In this document: positions 1 through 8,445 of the stretch, piece by piece
How positions within the stretch are numbered: the stretch's first letter is position 1
Layout of the letters: each line of letters begins with the position of its first letter
From: an uncultured virus (IMG/VR IMGVR_UViG_3300042465_006264)
Lineage: Duplodnaviria > Heunggongvirae > Uroviricota > Caudoviricetes
DNA length: 20,000 bases
IMG/VR virus record: IMGVR_UViG_3300042465_006264
Reading direction: 5' to 3' (one strand)
Made by a program: the position numbers and the translations under genes
Notes under the pieces: generated by a model
What the model was told of the DNA's origin: nothing
Database searches by the model: none
What the model saw: the letters and a program-made list of their open reading frames with translations, nothing else

Positions 1-612
1 ATAGAAAGAAACATAGAATCTTTCAAAAAAGTATATAAAAAAATATACACTAACGATAGAAGATTAATAGAACGGCATCCTTATTTTTTTGAATATAATC
101 CACCCGCATCTAATATGACTTGGATTAAAGATTGTAAAATATATGACAAATCTTTAACGTGTTCTTTTATAACAAGTTTTAAGTCTTTTACTTCGGGTCA
201 TATAAAGAGAGTCATGTTATATAGAGATCTAGAAAACAATCCAATGTTTAAAGGACATATTTATGGGAGAGATTGCAACCCATTAAAAGATAAACTAGAT
301 GGCCTTAAAGATTATCGATTTTCAATAGCAATGGAGAACACAGTTTATCCAAAATATTATACAGAAAAAATTTTAGATTGTTTTGCAACAGGAACAGTAC
401 CAATTTATTATGGTGATCGTTCAATTGGTGAGGATTTTGATTCAAATGGCATAATCTTTTTAGATGATTTAAAATCATTTGAAGAGTTGACAGAAGAAAG
501 GTATCTAAATATGATGCCTGCTATTAAACATAACTTTGAAAAGGTTATGAACTTAAAAACATCTGATGATTGTTTATATGAAAGTGTGACTAATGATTCG
601 ACTAAGTATTAA
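1..612 (+). CDS. Glycosyltransferase family 10 (alpha-1,3/4-fucosyltransferase-like), 5'-truncated by the window edge
   Basis: Frame 1 is open from base 1 (IERNIESFKKVYKKIYTNDRRLIERHPYFFEYNPPASN, then M at 115), so the true start is probably upstream. It contains the GT10 motif YRFSIAMENTVYPKYYTEKILDCFATGTVPIYYG. Confidence 0.85.
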   Translation: MERNIESFKKVYKKIYTNDRRLIERHPYFFEYNPPASNMTWIKDCKIYDKSLTCSFITSFKSFTSGHIKRVMLYRDLENNPMFKGHIYGRDCNPLKDKLDGLKDYRFSIAMENTVYPKYYTEKILDCFATGTVPIYYGDRSIGEDFDSNGIIFLDDLKSFEELTEERYLNMMPAIKHNFEKVMNLKTSDDCLYESVTNDSTKY

Positions 613-1459
613 TAATTTTTGGCCAAATTTTAATTATAATGAAAATATATTTATTTCAATTTTATCAGAAATATATGGAAATGATTTAATATTAACTAAT
701 GATGTTAATGATTGTAATTTATGTATTGTTGCAGAAAATTATGTTCCCCCAGAGATAGATAGGTCAAAAACAAAAATATTAACATTTATGGCTGAACCTA
801 AACCAGTTCAGTATCAAGATGGGGATTATCATTTATCATTTGACCCTGACAGAGAGGATCTTAAAAATATAAGATTTCCTGCTTGGTATTTTTATATAAA
901 TTTTTATAATCTTCAAAATCAAAAAAATCCAATTCCAGCAATGAACCAATATGAGTTAAACAACAACAAATGGTTCAATACTGCAAAAGATAAATTTTGT
1001 GTAGCTCCGTTTTCTGCTATTCACAAAAATAGAGTAGACTTTTTTAATATTTTAAACACCTATAAAACAACTTATGGGTTTGGATTACCATTTGGTAATG
1101 GTGATAATGATAGAAATCAATTAAGAAAATATGATGCCATTTGTTCTTTTAGATTTGCTATGGCATTTGAGAACACATATAAAACAGGTTATGTTACAGA
1201 AAAATTTTTACAAGCAAAGACAGCAGGATGTATACCCATATATTGGGGTGATTCTTATGTGTTGAGTGATTTTAATCCAGATTGTTTTATCTATGTAAAC
1301 AATTTTAAAACATATGAAGAGTGTTTAGAATATATAAAATATGTTGATTCTAATGAGGATGTTTACCAAAGAATGAAAAATGCTCCTATATTCAAATATG
1401 ATATATCACAATCATTAGATTCAATAAAACAAAAAATTAAAAGAACTATTCAACTATGA
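593..1459 (+). CDS. Glycosyltransferase family 10 (alpha-1,3-fucosyltransferase-like)
   Basis: GT10 motif FRFAMAFENTYKTGYVTEKFLQAKTAGCIPIYWG...DFNPDCFIYV. The N-terminal NFWPNF and RFPAW segments resemble bacterial FucT. Confidence 0.85.
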   Translation: MIRLSINNFWPNFNYNENIFISILSEIYGNDLILTNDVNDCNLCIVAENYVPPEIDRSKTKILTFMAEPKPVQYQDGDYHLSFDPDREDLKNIRFPAWYFYINFYNLQNQKNPIPAMNQYELNNNKWFNTAKDKFCVAPFSAIHKNRVDFFNILNTYKTTYGFGLPFGNGDNDRNQLRKYDAICSFRFAMAFENTYKTGYVTEKFLQAKTAGCIPIYWGDSYVLSDFNPDCFIYVNNFKTYEECLEYIKYVDSNEDVYQRMKNAPIFKYDISQSLDSIKQKIKRTIQL

Positions 1460-2220
1460 AAACCAGAGTAATAACTTTGACAGAAGCATTTGATAGACAG
1501 AAAAAAATAGATGAGTTATTTAAATCAAAAAATATAGAATTTCAGTATAGATTGGGTGTAGATAATAAAAATTTAAAATTTACTAAACAACCTGGATTCA
1601 TTTTTAAAGATAAGAACTATTTAATAAATACACAAAATTTATTAAAATATACAAATAGACTTTGGATTCGTTTTGGCGAAGTAGCAGCGCTAATGGCCCA
1701 TAAGAGCATATGGGAAGAATTGTTAAATGATGAAAGCAAATCAGCATATTTAATATGCGAAGATGATTGCCGCTTTTCAGATAAATTTACATTCGATTCT
1801 TTAAAATCTTTTGATCCAAATCATTATGATCTTTTATATTTACAAGCAGAAACAGCACACTATCAAAATAAAAATCACATAGTTGAAACCTATCCAACTG
1901 CAATTTGGGACAATCGGTTAAAAGTTATTAATAAACAAAAAGGGTTAATGTTTGAAGGATTTGCAGGCTATTGTTTATCAAAGCAAGGAGCTAAAAAATT
2001 AATTGATTATGTTGAAGCAAATGGTTACGATGGTCCTATAGACAACTTAGTTTGTCATATTGACGATTTGTTGGCAGTATGTCCAGCAAATATAAATGAT
2101 TATGTTTGTTTAGATTCAGATTCAAAATATTCGTTCACACATAGTGGAGATTTTATTCATGAATATATTTTAAATGGTATAGAACTACAGTCTAAAGAAC
2201 CATTAAATATTATAAATTAA
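1456..2220 (+). CDS. Glycosyltransferase family 25 (LgtB/Lex2-like)
   Basis: N-terminal VITL...DRQ, GVD, GEVAALMAHKSIWE, ICEDD and GYCLSKQGAKKL match the GT25 pattern (GExGCxxSH...EDD...Y.lsxxgAxkL). ATGA overlap with the upstream gene. Confidence 0.8.
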   Translation: MKTRVITLTEAFDRQKKIDELFKSKNIEFQYRLGVDNKNLKFTKQPGFIFKDKNYLINTQNLLKYTNRLWIRFGEVAALMAHKSIWEELLNDESKSAYLICEDDCRFSDKFTFDSLKSFDPNHYDLLYLQAETAHYQNKNHIVETYPTAIWDNRLKVINKQKGLMFEGFAGYCLSKQGAKKLIDYVEANGYDGPIDNLVCHIDDLLAVCPANINDYVCLDSDSKYSFTHSGDFIHEYILNGIELQSKEPLNIIN

Positions 2221-2224
2221 TTAC

Positions 2225-2252
2225 TTGTTTTTTAAATTAAAAAGAGTACAAT
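2225..2252 (+). promoter_or_regulatory. Putative sigma70-type promoter upstream of rfbH (leaderless geometry)
   Basis: TTGTTT (2225-2230), 16-nt spacer, TACAAT (2247-2252), in the 38-nt gap before rfbH. The GTG start is 6 nt downstream and there is no Shine-Dalgarno sequence. Confidence 0.5.
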
Positions 2253-2258
2253 ACTATT

Positions 2259-3566
2259 GTGAAACATATTTTAAAATTAGTTGAAGAATATATAAATCAA
2301 AAAGAAAAAAAGACATGGATTCCCGGTCACGATACAGTAAAATATGCTGGTCCTTATTTTACTGCGGAAGAATATGTTGCCGCTATAGAAGCACTTTTAA
2401 ATGGATGGTTAGTGCTTGGGCAAAGTGGAATTAAATTTGAGAATACATTTCCAAAATTATTTGATAAAAATTTTGGAATACTAACAAATAGTGGAAGTAG
2501 TTCAAATTTAATAATGATGTCGGCAATGACATCAAAGAGACTTTACAATTTTCCTAAAGGAACTAAAGTAATAACGCCAATAGCTGGATTTCCTACTACC
2601 TTAAATCCAATATTTCAAGTAGGATTTGAACCAGATTTTGTAGATATTGAATTAGATTCTTTAAATCTTAATTTAGATCAAGTAGAAGAAAAAGCAAAAC
2701 AAGGGTCAAAAATTATAACGTTTGCCCATGTGCTGGGGAATCCACCCAACATGGATCAGTTAATAGATATAGTCAAAAGATATGATCTAATCCTCTTGGA
2801 GGATTGCTGTGACGCATTAGGATCAACCTATAAAGATAAGCCACTTGGATCGTTTGGACAATTCGCTAGTTGTTCTTTTTATCCAGCACACCATATTACA
2901 ATGGGTGAGGGTGGTTTTATTGCATGCAATACACATGAGCAAGAGATTGTAATTAGAAGTTTTAGAGAGTGGGGTCGTGGATGCTATTGTGTAGGAGAGA
3001 AAGCAAATCTCCTAAAAAATGGTTGTTGTGGAAAAAGATTTTCAAATTGGCTACCGTCATTACCAGATGAAATTTTTGATCACAAATATGTTTATGATGA
3101 GATTGGCTATAATTTAAAACCAATAGAGTTACAAGCAGCAATGGGATTAGTTCAAATGAAAAAAATCCCAGAGATAAATGAAAAAAGAAAAAAGAATCAT
3201 GCTAGATTAGTAGAAATATTCTCACCATATGAAGAATATTTTATATTACCAAAAGCAACAGATCATTCCGATCCAAGTTGGTTTGCATTTGCTGTAACCA
3301 TTAAAGATAATTCTAAATTTAAAAGAAAAGATATTGTTGAATTTTTAGAGAGTAATAAAATTCAAACAAGACCATATTTTGCTGGTAATGTAATGTTACA
3401 ACCAGCATACGATGGATTAATGTCATCGGATGTGGTAATTAATAATTATCCAAATGCTAGAAAAGTAACTACAGATACTTTCTTTCTGGGAACAAGTCCA
3501 GTAATAACAGATGTTCAATTGAATTATATTGAACAGACAGTACAAAACTTTTTTAAACAAATATAA
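2259..3566 (+). CDS. rfbH: NDP-4-keto-6-deoxyglucose 3-dehydrase (E1/RfbH/DdhC; PMP- and [2Fe-2S]-dependent, DegT/DnrJ fold)
   Basis: GTG start. Motifs TNSGSSSNL, HVLGNP, EDCCDALG, SFYPAHHITMGEGG (His where aminotransferases have the Schiff-base Lys), the Cys cluster WGRGCYC...GCCGKRF, YDEIGYNLK and IQTRPYFAGN. Confidence 0.9.
   Translation: MKHILKLVEEYINQKEKKTWIPGHDTVKYAGPYFTAEEYVAAIEALLNGWLVLGQSGIKFENTFPKLFDKNFGILTNSGSSSNLIMMSAMTSKRLYNFPKGTKVITPIAGFPTTLNPIFQVGFEPDFVDIELDSLNLNLDQVEEKAKQGSKIITFAHVLGNPPNMDQLIDIVKRYDLILLEDCCDALGSTYKDKPLGSFGQFASCSFYPAHHITMGEGGFIACNTHEQEIVIRSFREWGRGCYCVGEKANLLKNGCCGKRFSNWLPSLPDEIFDHKYVYDEIGYNLKPIELQAAMGLVQMKKIPEINEKRKKNHARLVEIFSPYEEYFILPKATDHSDPSWFAFAVTIKDNSKFKRKDIVEFLESNKIQTRPYFAGNVMLQPAYDGLMSSDVVINNYPNARKVTTDTFFLGTSPVITDVQLNYIEQTVQNFFKQI
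3486..3560 (+). repeat. 75-bp direct repeat, copy 1 (3' end of rfbH)
   Basis: Aligns ungapped with 4361-4435, 69/75 identical by manual alignment. Confidence 0.95.
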
Positions 3567-3574
3567 GGAAAAAT

Positions 3575-4201
3575 ATGTCTAGAGTAGAAAATTTAAAAAA
3601 TGCAGTAGGCGAAGCGATAAAATCATATGAAAATAAAAATATAACAGAAGATATTTTTGCTATAAAAGGATTTTCAGGAAAAGAGTATAAATTATTTGCA
3701 AATAAATTACTAGAACAACCAATAGTAAAAAATTATTTGGAAATAGGTGTATGGCACGGATCAACTTCAATAGCAGCTTTAAAAAATAATACACAAAAAT
3801 TAAATTATTGGGTGGTTGATAACTTTTCTCAATTTGGATCACCAAAGCAAGAATTTATAAATAATTGGAAAAATTATATTGGATCTGAACCAAATTTAAT
3901 AGATGAAGATTGTTTTAAAATTAACTTAGAAGAAAAAGGTCTTAGGGATATTGATGTTTATTTTTATGACGGTGATCACGAAGAAAAAGATCACTATCTA
4001 GCACTTCAATATTATTATCCAGCCATGGCTGATTCTTTTATTTTTATGGTTGATGATTGGTGCTGGCCCAAAGTACAGATTGGTACATTTAATGCAATCA
4101 GAGATTTAAACCTAAAAACAGAAATGCATGTTGGGTTTTATGGAAATGAAGACTCAAATGGTTGGTGGAATGGTTGTGGAATTTTTATATTTAAAAAATA
4201 A
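3575..4201 (+). CDS. Class I SAM-dependent methyltransferase (Methyltransf_24-like, probably acting on a sugar or glycan)
   Basis: YLEIGVWHGST SAM-binding motif, IDVYFYDGDH and FMVDD. An AAGGA Shine-Dalgarno-like site lies at 3565-3569. Confidence 0.8.
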   Translation: MSRVENLKNAVGEAIKSYENKNITEDIFAIKGFSGKEYKLFANKLLEQPIVKNYLEIGVWHGSTSIAALKNNTQKLNYWVVDNFSQFGSPKQEFINNWKNYIGSEPNLIDEDCFKINLEEKGLRDIDVYFYDGDHEEKDHYLALQYYYPAMADSFIFMVDDWCWPKVQIGTFNAIRDLNLKTEMHVGFYGNEDSNGWWNGCGIFIFKK

Positions 4202-4203
4202 AT

Positions 4204-4407
4204 ATGTCTAAACGAACATTAATAATAACGGGCACTACTGATTTTGGAAGAAGTCCTGATTCCACGGACAATACCATGGAAGAAGTTTTTGATTTAACAC
4301 TTCCATCTAAAGAAAAATATGCTCAAAAACATGGTTATGATTTTTTAGCAATGAGATCTTTTGGGAACAAGTCCAGTAATAACGGATGTTCAGTTAAACT
4401 ATATTGA
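4204..4407 (+). pseudogene. Truncated gene, N-terminus of a probable GT34 (GMA12/MNN10-like) glycosyltransferase
   Basis: TLPSKEKYAQKHGYDF resembles the GT34 N-terminal (N)K..YA..HGY motif. After about codon 53 the ORF runs out of frame into the rfbH relic (4361 onward) and stops at 4407. Confidence 0.6.
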
Positions 4408-4438
4408 ACAAACAGTACAAAACTTTTTTAAACAATGA
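4361..4438 (+). repeat. 75-bp direct repeat, copy 2: orphan relic of an rfbH 3' end with its own TGA
   Basis: Translates to LGTSPVITDVQLNYIEQTVQNFFKQ*, identical to the RfbH C-terminus apart from the final Ile. Its TGA (4436-4438) overlaps the ATG (4435) of the next gene. Confidence 0.95.
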
Positions 4439-5106
4439 TTGATTTAAAAAATATTACACTATATTCATATAATTGTGTAAACCCAATTCAAAGTTTAAAG
4501 GCTTTGTTATATAGCTCCAAAAATATTAATTTTGGAGAAATAATTTTAATTAGCAATCAAAAACCAAATAAGATACCCGATAATATTAAGTTTGTTCATA
4601 CTGAGTATACTACTCACAAAGAAAGTTCAAAATTTACATACACACATCTACCTTATTTAATAAACACAGATTATTGTTTGGGAATTCATGATGATGGATT
4701 TGTGATTAATCCACATCTATGGGATAATGTGTTTTTTGAATATGATTATATAGGTGCACCTTGGAAATGGGAAGGTAGGCGAAACAGAGTTGGTAATGGT
4801 GGATTTGTTTTAAGAAGTAAAAAATTTTTAAACCTTATAAAAAATATATCTTTTTTAGGATTTTGTGATGATGGTGAACAAACGAACATGTATTATGATT
4901 ATTTTGTAGAAAATGGTTGTAAGTATGCTCCAGTAGAAATAGCGATGAAATTTTCTTTAGAGTCAAATATTCCTGAATGTGATTACGATTTAAATAAATG
5001 TTTTGGTTTTCATGGAAAAGGAAACCCAAATGATGTTCATATTCATGATGGTAAATATGAACAATTTCAAGAAAAAATTAAATTGCTAGAAACAGTAGAA
5101 CTATAA
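4435..5106 (+). CDS. DUF5672-family protein (putative glycosyltransferase-like)
   Basis: HDDGFVINPHLW...FFEYDYIGAPW...VGNGGFVLRSKK...A.KFSLE...FGFHG matches the DUF5672 pattern. Confidence 0.8.
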   Translation: MIDLKNITLYSYNCVNPIQSLKALLYSSKNINFGEIILISNQKPNKIPDNIKFVHTEYTTHKESSKFTYTHLPYLINTDYCLGIHDDGFVINPHLWDNVFFEYDYIGAPWKWEGRRNRVGNGGFVLRSKKFLNLIKNISFLGFCDDGEQTNMYYDYFVENGCKYAPVEIAMKFSLESNIPECDYDLNKCFGFHGKGNPNDVHIHDGKYEQFQEKIKLLETVEL

Positions 5107-5107
5107 T

Positions 5108-6064
5108 ATGCAAGACAAACTTCAAATAAATTTATTTTCTAGTTCACACAGAGAATATCGTTTTCCATTTACTGTGAAAATGATGAATGAACTACAAAAT
5201 ATTGTTAATAAAGACAAAGCAAAACTATGCATTCACGCAGAAGAGTCTGTGATAAACCGCTGGAAAGAGTATTTTAAAAATAGTCCACCAAAGATTGAAA
5301 CTTTTTATCTTCAATATTCAGATTCAAATTATATGAATAGGGTGAATAATTCTCATCAAACTGATTGCAAGTATTCTTGCAAACTTGATGATGATGTTTT
5401 ATTTAGCAGGCATGTAATGGATTACATCCTAGAAAATTTAAATCACATAACCCCAGAACACCCAATTCTTTCTCCGATTCTTACTAATGGTATGCCTAGC
5501 ACAGAACTCTTTATTGAAGATTTTTTAACTGAAGAAGATAAAAAAAGTGCATATGAAATATTTTTAAAAACAAAAATTGAAAATCATTTTCATTTAGATT
5601 ATAGTGAGATCGATAAAAAAGTTCAATCTATGAAAGAATGGAATGACAAAGAATATTGGGATTTTGTTAGTACTGCTGATACTAAATGGGATAAATTAAA
5701 TGTTCCTTGGTATTATTTTAATGTTCGTGGTATTCATCCAGCCAGGTTGTCTTACGAATACAATATGTTTATTGCCCAAAAAATTATTAATAATAAAAAT
5801 AAATTTTTTGATAAAAATGAATATAGATTTGATACCTACAAAACCCCATACTTCACTAATAATGTTTTTATAAGCGAAACAAATTATTGGAAAGAAACTA
5901 GTAAAATGTACACCGATGGTTTTGATGAAGGGCAATTGAGTCTTAGAATGGAAATGGATAACTCATCAATTTTGTATATTAGAAATGGTTTTGGAATTCA
6001 TATGGCATACGGACATACACATAATTCACGTCAACTTGAAAATTTTTATATAGAAAATCTATGA
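5108..6064 (+). CDS. Hypothetical protein, possible GT-A fold glycosyltransferase
   Basis: 318-aa ORF with a DxD-type motif YSCKLDDDVLF, DEGQL and a C-terminal HMAYG. The glycosylation-cluster context supports the guess. Confidence 0.5.
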   Translation: MQDKLQINLFSSSHREYRFPFTVKMMNELQNIVNKDKAKLCIHAEESVINRWKEYFKNSPPKIETFYLQYSDSNYMNRVNNSHQTDCKYSCKLDDDVLFSRHVMDYILENLNHITPEHPILSPILTNGMPSTELFIEDFLTEEDKKSAYEIFLKTKIENHFHLDYSEIDKKVQSMKEWNDKEYWDFVSTADTKWDKLNVPWYYFNVRGIHPARLSYEYNMFIAQKIINNKNKFFDKNEYRFDTYKTPYFTNNVFISETNYWKETSKMYTDGFDEGQLSLRMEMDNSSILYIRNGFGIHMAYGHTHNSRQLENFYIENL

Positions 6065-6873
6065 ACAAATATATTATTATTGATCCTCAAGGTTATTGTG
6101 GTATGTGTGGATATTTGTGGCAAACAATACGAGCCATATATCACAATCCAAATAAATTATACTACATAGATTTTTCTACAAGCATATATAAAACTAAAAA
6201 TGAAAATGTTTGGGATTACTTTTTTGAACAACCCCACACAACAAATAAACCATTACCAGATCAAATAGAAAAAAAAGTTGGAATAATTTTTGATCAAGAG
6301 AGTGAATTTGTTTGGAGAAATATACAACCAAATACAATTGAAGAAATTCAAAAAAGAAGACATGCTTTTAGTGAAATAATAAAAAAATATATGGTCTTAA
6401 AGCCAGATATTCAAAATAAAATAGATAACTTTGTTAATAAAAATTTTAAAAATAAAAAAATTCTCGGGGTTCATTTTAGGGGGACCGACCATCCAGACAA
6501 AAAATCAATGGACTATTATTTACAAATAGTCAAAGAGATGTTGCCAAATTATGATGGCCTTTTTGTCTGCTCGGATGAATATGAAAGATTTAGAATGGCT
6601 GAAGTTACTTTTAAAAATAAAATAATTTCTTATGATAGCATAAGAAGTAAAAATTTAAATCCTTTACACAGTCCATTTTATGAAACTCGTTTTCCTAGGA
6701 ATGGTTCATTTGAATACCAATATAAAATAGCAGAAGATGTTATTATTGAAGCATTTTTAATGTCAAAAGTGGATTATCTACTTTGTTGTGAAGCATCAAA
6801 TGTTAATTATTTGGCAAGAGCAATCAATCCAACTTTAAAAGCCTTAGAAGTGAGTGATAAAATAAGCATATGA
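6061..6873 (+). CDS. NodZ/GT23-like (alpha-1,6- or O-) fucosyltransferase
   Basis: Motif I ILGVHFRGTD, motif II LFVCSDE and motif III EAFLMSKVDYLLCCEASNV of the GT11/GT23/O-FucT superfamily. Confidence 0.75.
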   Translation: MNKYIIIDPQGYCGMCGYLWQTIRAIYHNPNKLYYIDFSTSIYKTKNENVWDYFFEQPHTTNKPLPDQIEKKVGIIFDQESEFVWRNIQPNTIEEIQKRRHAFSEIIKKYMVLKPDIQNKIDNFVNKNFKNKKILGVHFRGTDHPDKKSMDYYLQIVKEMLPNYDGLFVCSDEYERFRMAEVTFKNKIISYDSIRSKNLNPLHSPFYETRFPRNGSFEYQYKIAEDVIIEAFLMSKVDYLLCCEASNVNYLARAINPTLKALEVSDKISI

Positions 6874-7733
6874 ATAACAAAATATCAATATTTGGTGGAA
6901 ACGGATTTATTGGATCAAGATTTTGTTCATTATATCCAGAAGATGTAATAAAAATTGACAGAAATGATTATACGGCTAAAACAAACAATATTTTATACTT
7001 TATTAGTACGGTTGATAATTATAATGTTCATAACGATCTGCATATTGACATTGAAACTAATTTAAATGTATTAATGAATGTTTTAGAAAAGTTACCAAAA
7101 AATAATGATGTCACGTTTAACTTTATAAGTTCTTGGTTTGTATATGGTAAAAATTATGAAATGCCATTCAGGGAAGATTACTCTAAATGCAACCCAACTG
7201 GATTTTATTCAATTACTAAACATTGTGCAGAGCAACTTTTAATTTCTTTTTGCCAAACACACAATATAAAATATAGAATATTTCGTTTGGCTAATGTTCT
7301 TGGTATAGGTGATAATAAAATATCAAAGAAAAAAAATGCATTACAGTTTATGATAAAAGAAATTGTAAATAATAGGGATGTTCATCTTTATTATGGTGGA
7401 GAAGTATTGAGAGATTATATTAATGTAGATGATGTTTGTCATGCTTTAAAACATTGCATGGATAAAGCGAGCTATAATGAAATAATAAACATTGGAAGCG
7501 GTAAACCACATAAGTTTTTAGATTTAATAAATTTATCAATTGAGTATTCAAATTCAACTTCTAAAATTGTTCATATTAAACCAAGTTTATTTCATGATAT
7601 AGTTCAAGTTAGACATTCTTACTTAGATACTGCTAAACTAAATTCTTACGGGTTTAGACACCAAAAAACTATAGATGAAACAATAAAAGAGTTAGTGGAT
7701 TTTTACAAAAAAGAAAGTAATATAGTAAAATAA
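6870..7733 (+). CDS. NAD-dependent epimerase/dehydratase (extended SDR), possible NDP-sugar ketoreductase
   Basis: GGNGFIG Rossmann motif, ISSWFVYG, catalytic YSITK, RLANVLG, RDYINVDD and NIGSG. Confidence 0.85.
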   Translation: MNNKISIFGGNGFIGSRFCSLYPEDVIKIDRNDYTAKTNNILYFISTVDNYNVHNDLHIDIETNLNVLMNVLEKLPKNNDVTFNFISSWFVYGKNYEMPFREDYSKCNPTGFYSITKHCAEQLLISFCQTHNIKYRIFRLANVLGIGDNKISKKKNALQFMIKEIVNNRDVHLYYGGEVLRDYINVDDVCHALKHCMDKASYNEIINIGSGKPHKFLDLINLSIEYSNSTSKIVHIKPSLFHDIVQVRHSYLDTAKLNSYGFRHQKTIDETIKELVDFYKKESNIVK

Positions 7734-7734
7734 T

Positions 7735-8445
7735 ATGAATAATGTAATCTTTATACATGCCGGAAATATGGTTGTCGATAAATACGGATTTCCAAATGAA
7801 GATCGTTGTCAAAAAATTATTGACGAAATTTCTTTATATATTATACAATCTGAAATTTATAAAGATGTTAAATTTATTAATTTAGAATTAATAGGAAATA
7901 ACAATATATCTTTTAATGTTCCAAAAGGAAATATATGTTATAATGGTCCTGACCATACTCAATATGAATTTGCAACATTACAAAAAATAATAGATTATTC
8001 AAAAAATAATCCAAATGATAATATTTTGTATATTCATACAAAAGGATCTAGTAGTAGTAAAGATGGACATGAAAAGAACTCTTCTCCTCCTCCTTTTAAA
8101 TGGATTGAAGATGTAAGAAATTATCAATTATATCAAACGATAACTAGATATAAACTTTGTTTAAATATGCTAAAAGAATATGACACATGTGGTGCAGAAT
8201 TAATCGACCATCCAGTTAAACATTATTCACAAAATTTTTGGTGGACTAAAGCAAAACATGTCAATACACTAGTTCATCCTTCAACAAGACCTATAATCTT
8301 TGATTATAGACATAATTGTGAATTTTGGATATGTTCTAATCCCAATGGAAAATATAAAAGTATATGTAATCTGTATGATCATTTTGAAAATGCTATAGAT
8401 TTTTCAAAAGAATTATATGTAAATAAAGAGAGTAATAATATATGA
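7735..8445 (+). CDS. Hypothetical protein of a type seen in viral glycosylation clusters (putative glycosyltransferase)
   Basis: YEFATL...ILYIHTKG...HYSQNFWWTK...EFWI motifs; cluster context. Function is not established. Confidence 0.5.
   Translation: MNNVIFIHAGNMVVDKYGFPNEDRCQKIIDEISLYIIQSEIYKDVKFINLELIGNNNISFNVPKGNICYNGPDHTQYEFATLQKIIDYSKNNPNDNILYIHTKGSSSSKDGHEKNSSPPPFKWIEDVRNYQLYQTITRYKLCLNMLKEYDTCGAELIDHPVKHYSQNFWWTKAKHVNTLVHPSTRPIIFDYRHNCEFWICSNPNGKYKSICNLYDHFENAIDFSKELYVNKESNNI

Noticed and set aside
2211..2218. TATAAATT before rfbH as a late promoter
   Set aside because: It has one mismatch to TATAAATA, and similar near-matches are frequent in this AT-rich sequence.
3486..4438. The 75-bp repeat pair as a diversity-generating retroelement TR/VR
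   Set aside because: Mismatches are not adenine-specific in either direction and are all synonymous, and there is no reverse transcriptase in the window.
4204..5106. Programmed frameshift joining the 67-aa ORF to downstream sequence
   Set aside because: The downstream sequence is explained as an rfbH relic with its own stop, and I see no convincing slippery site. A recombination scar is simpler.
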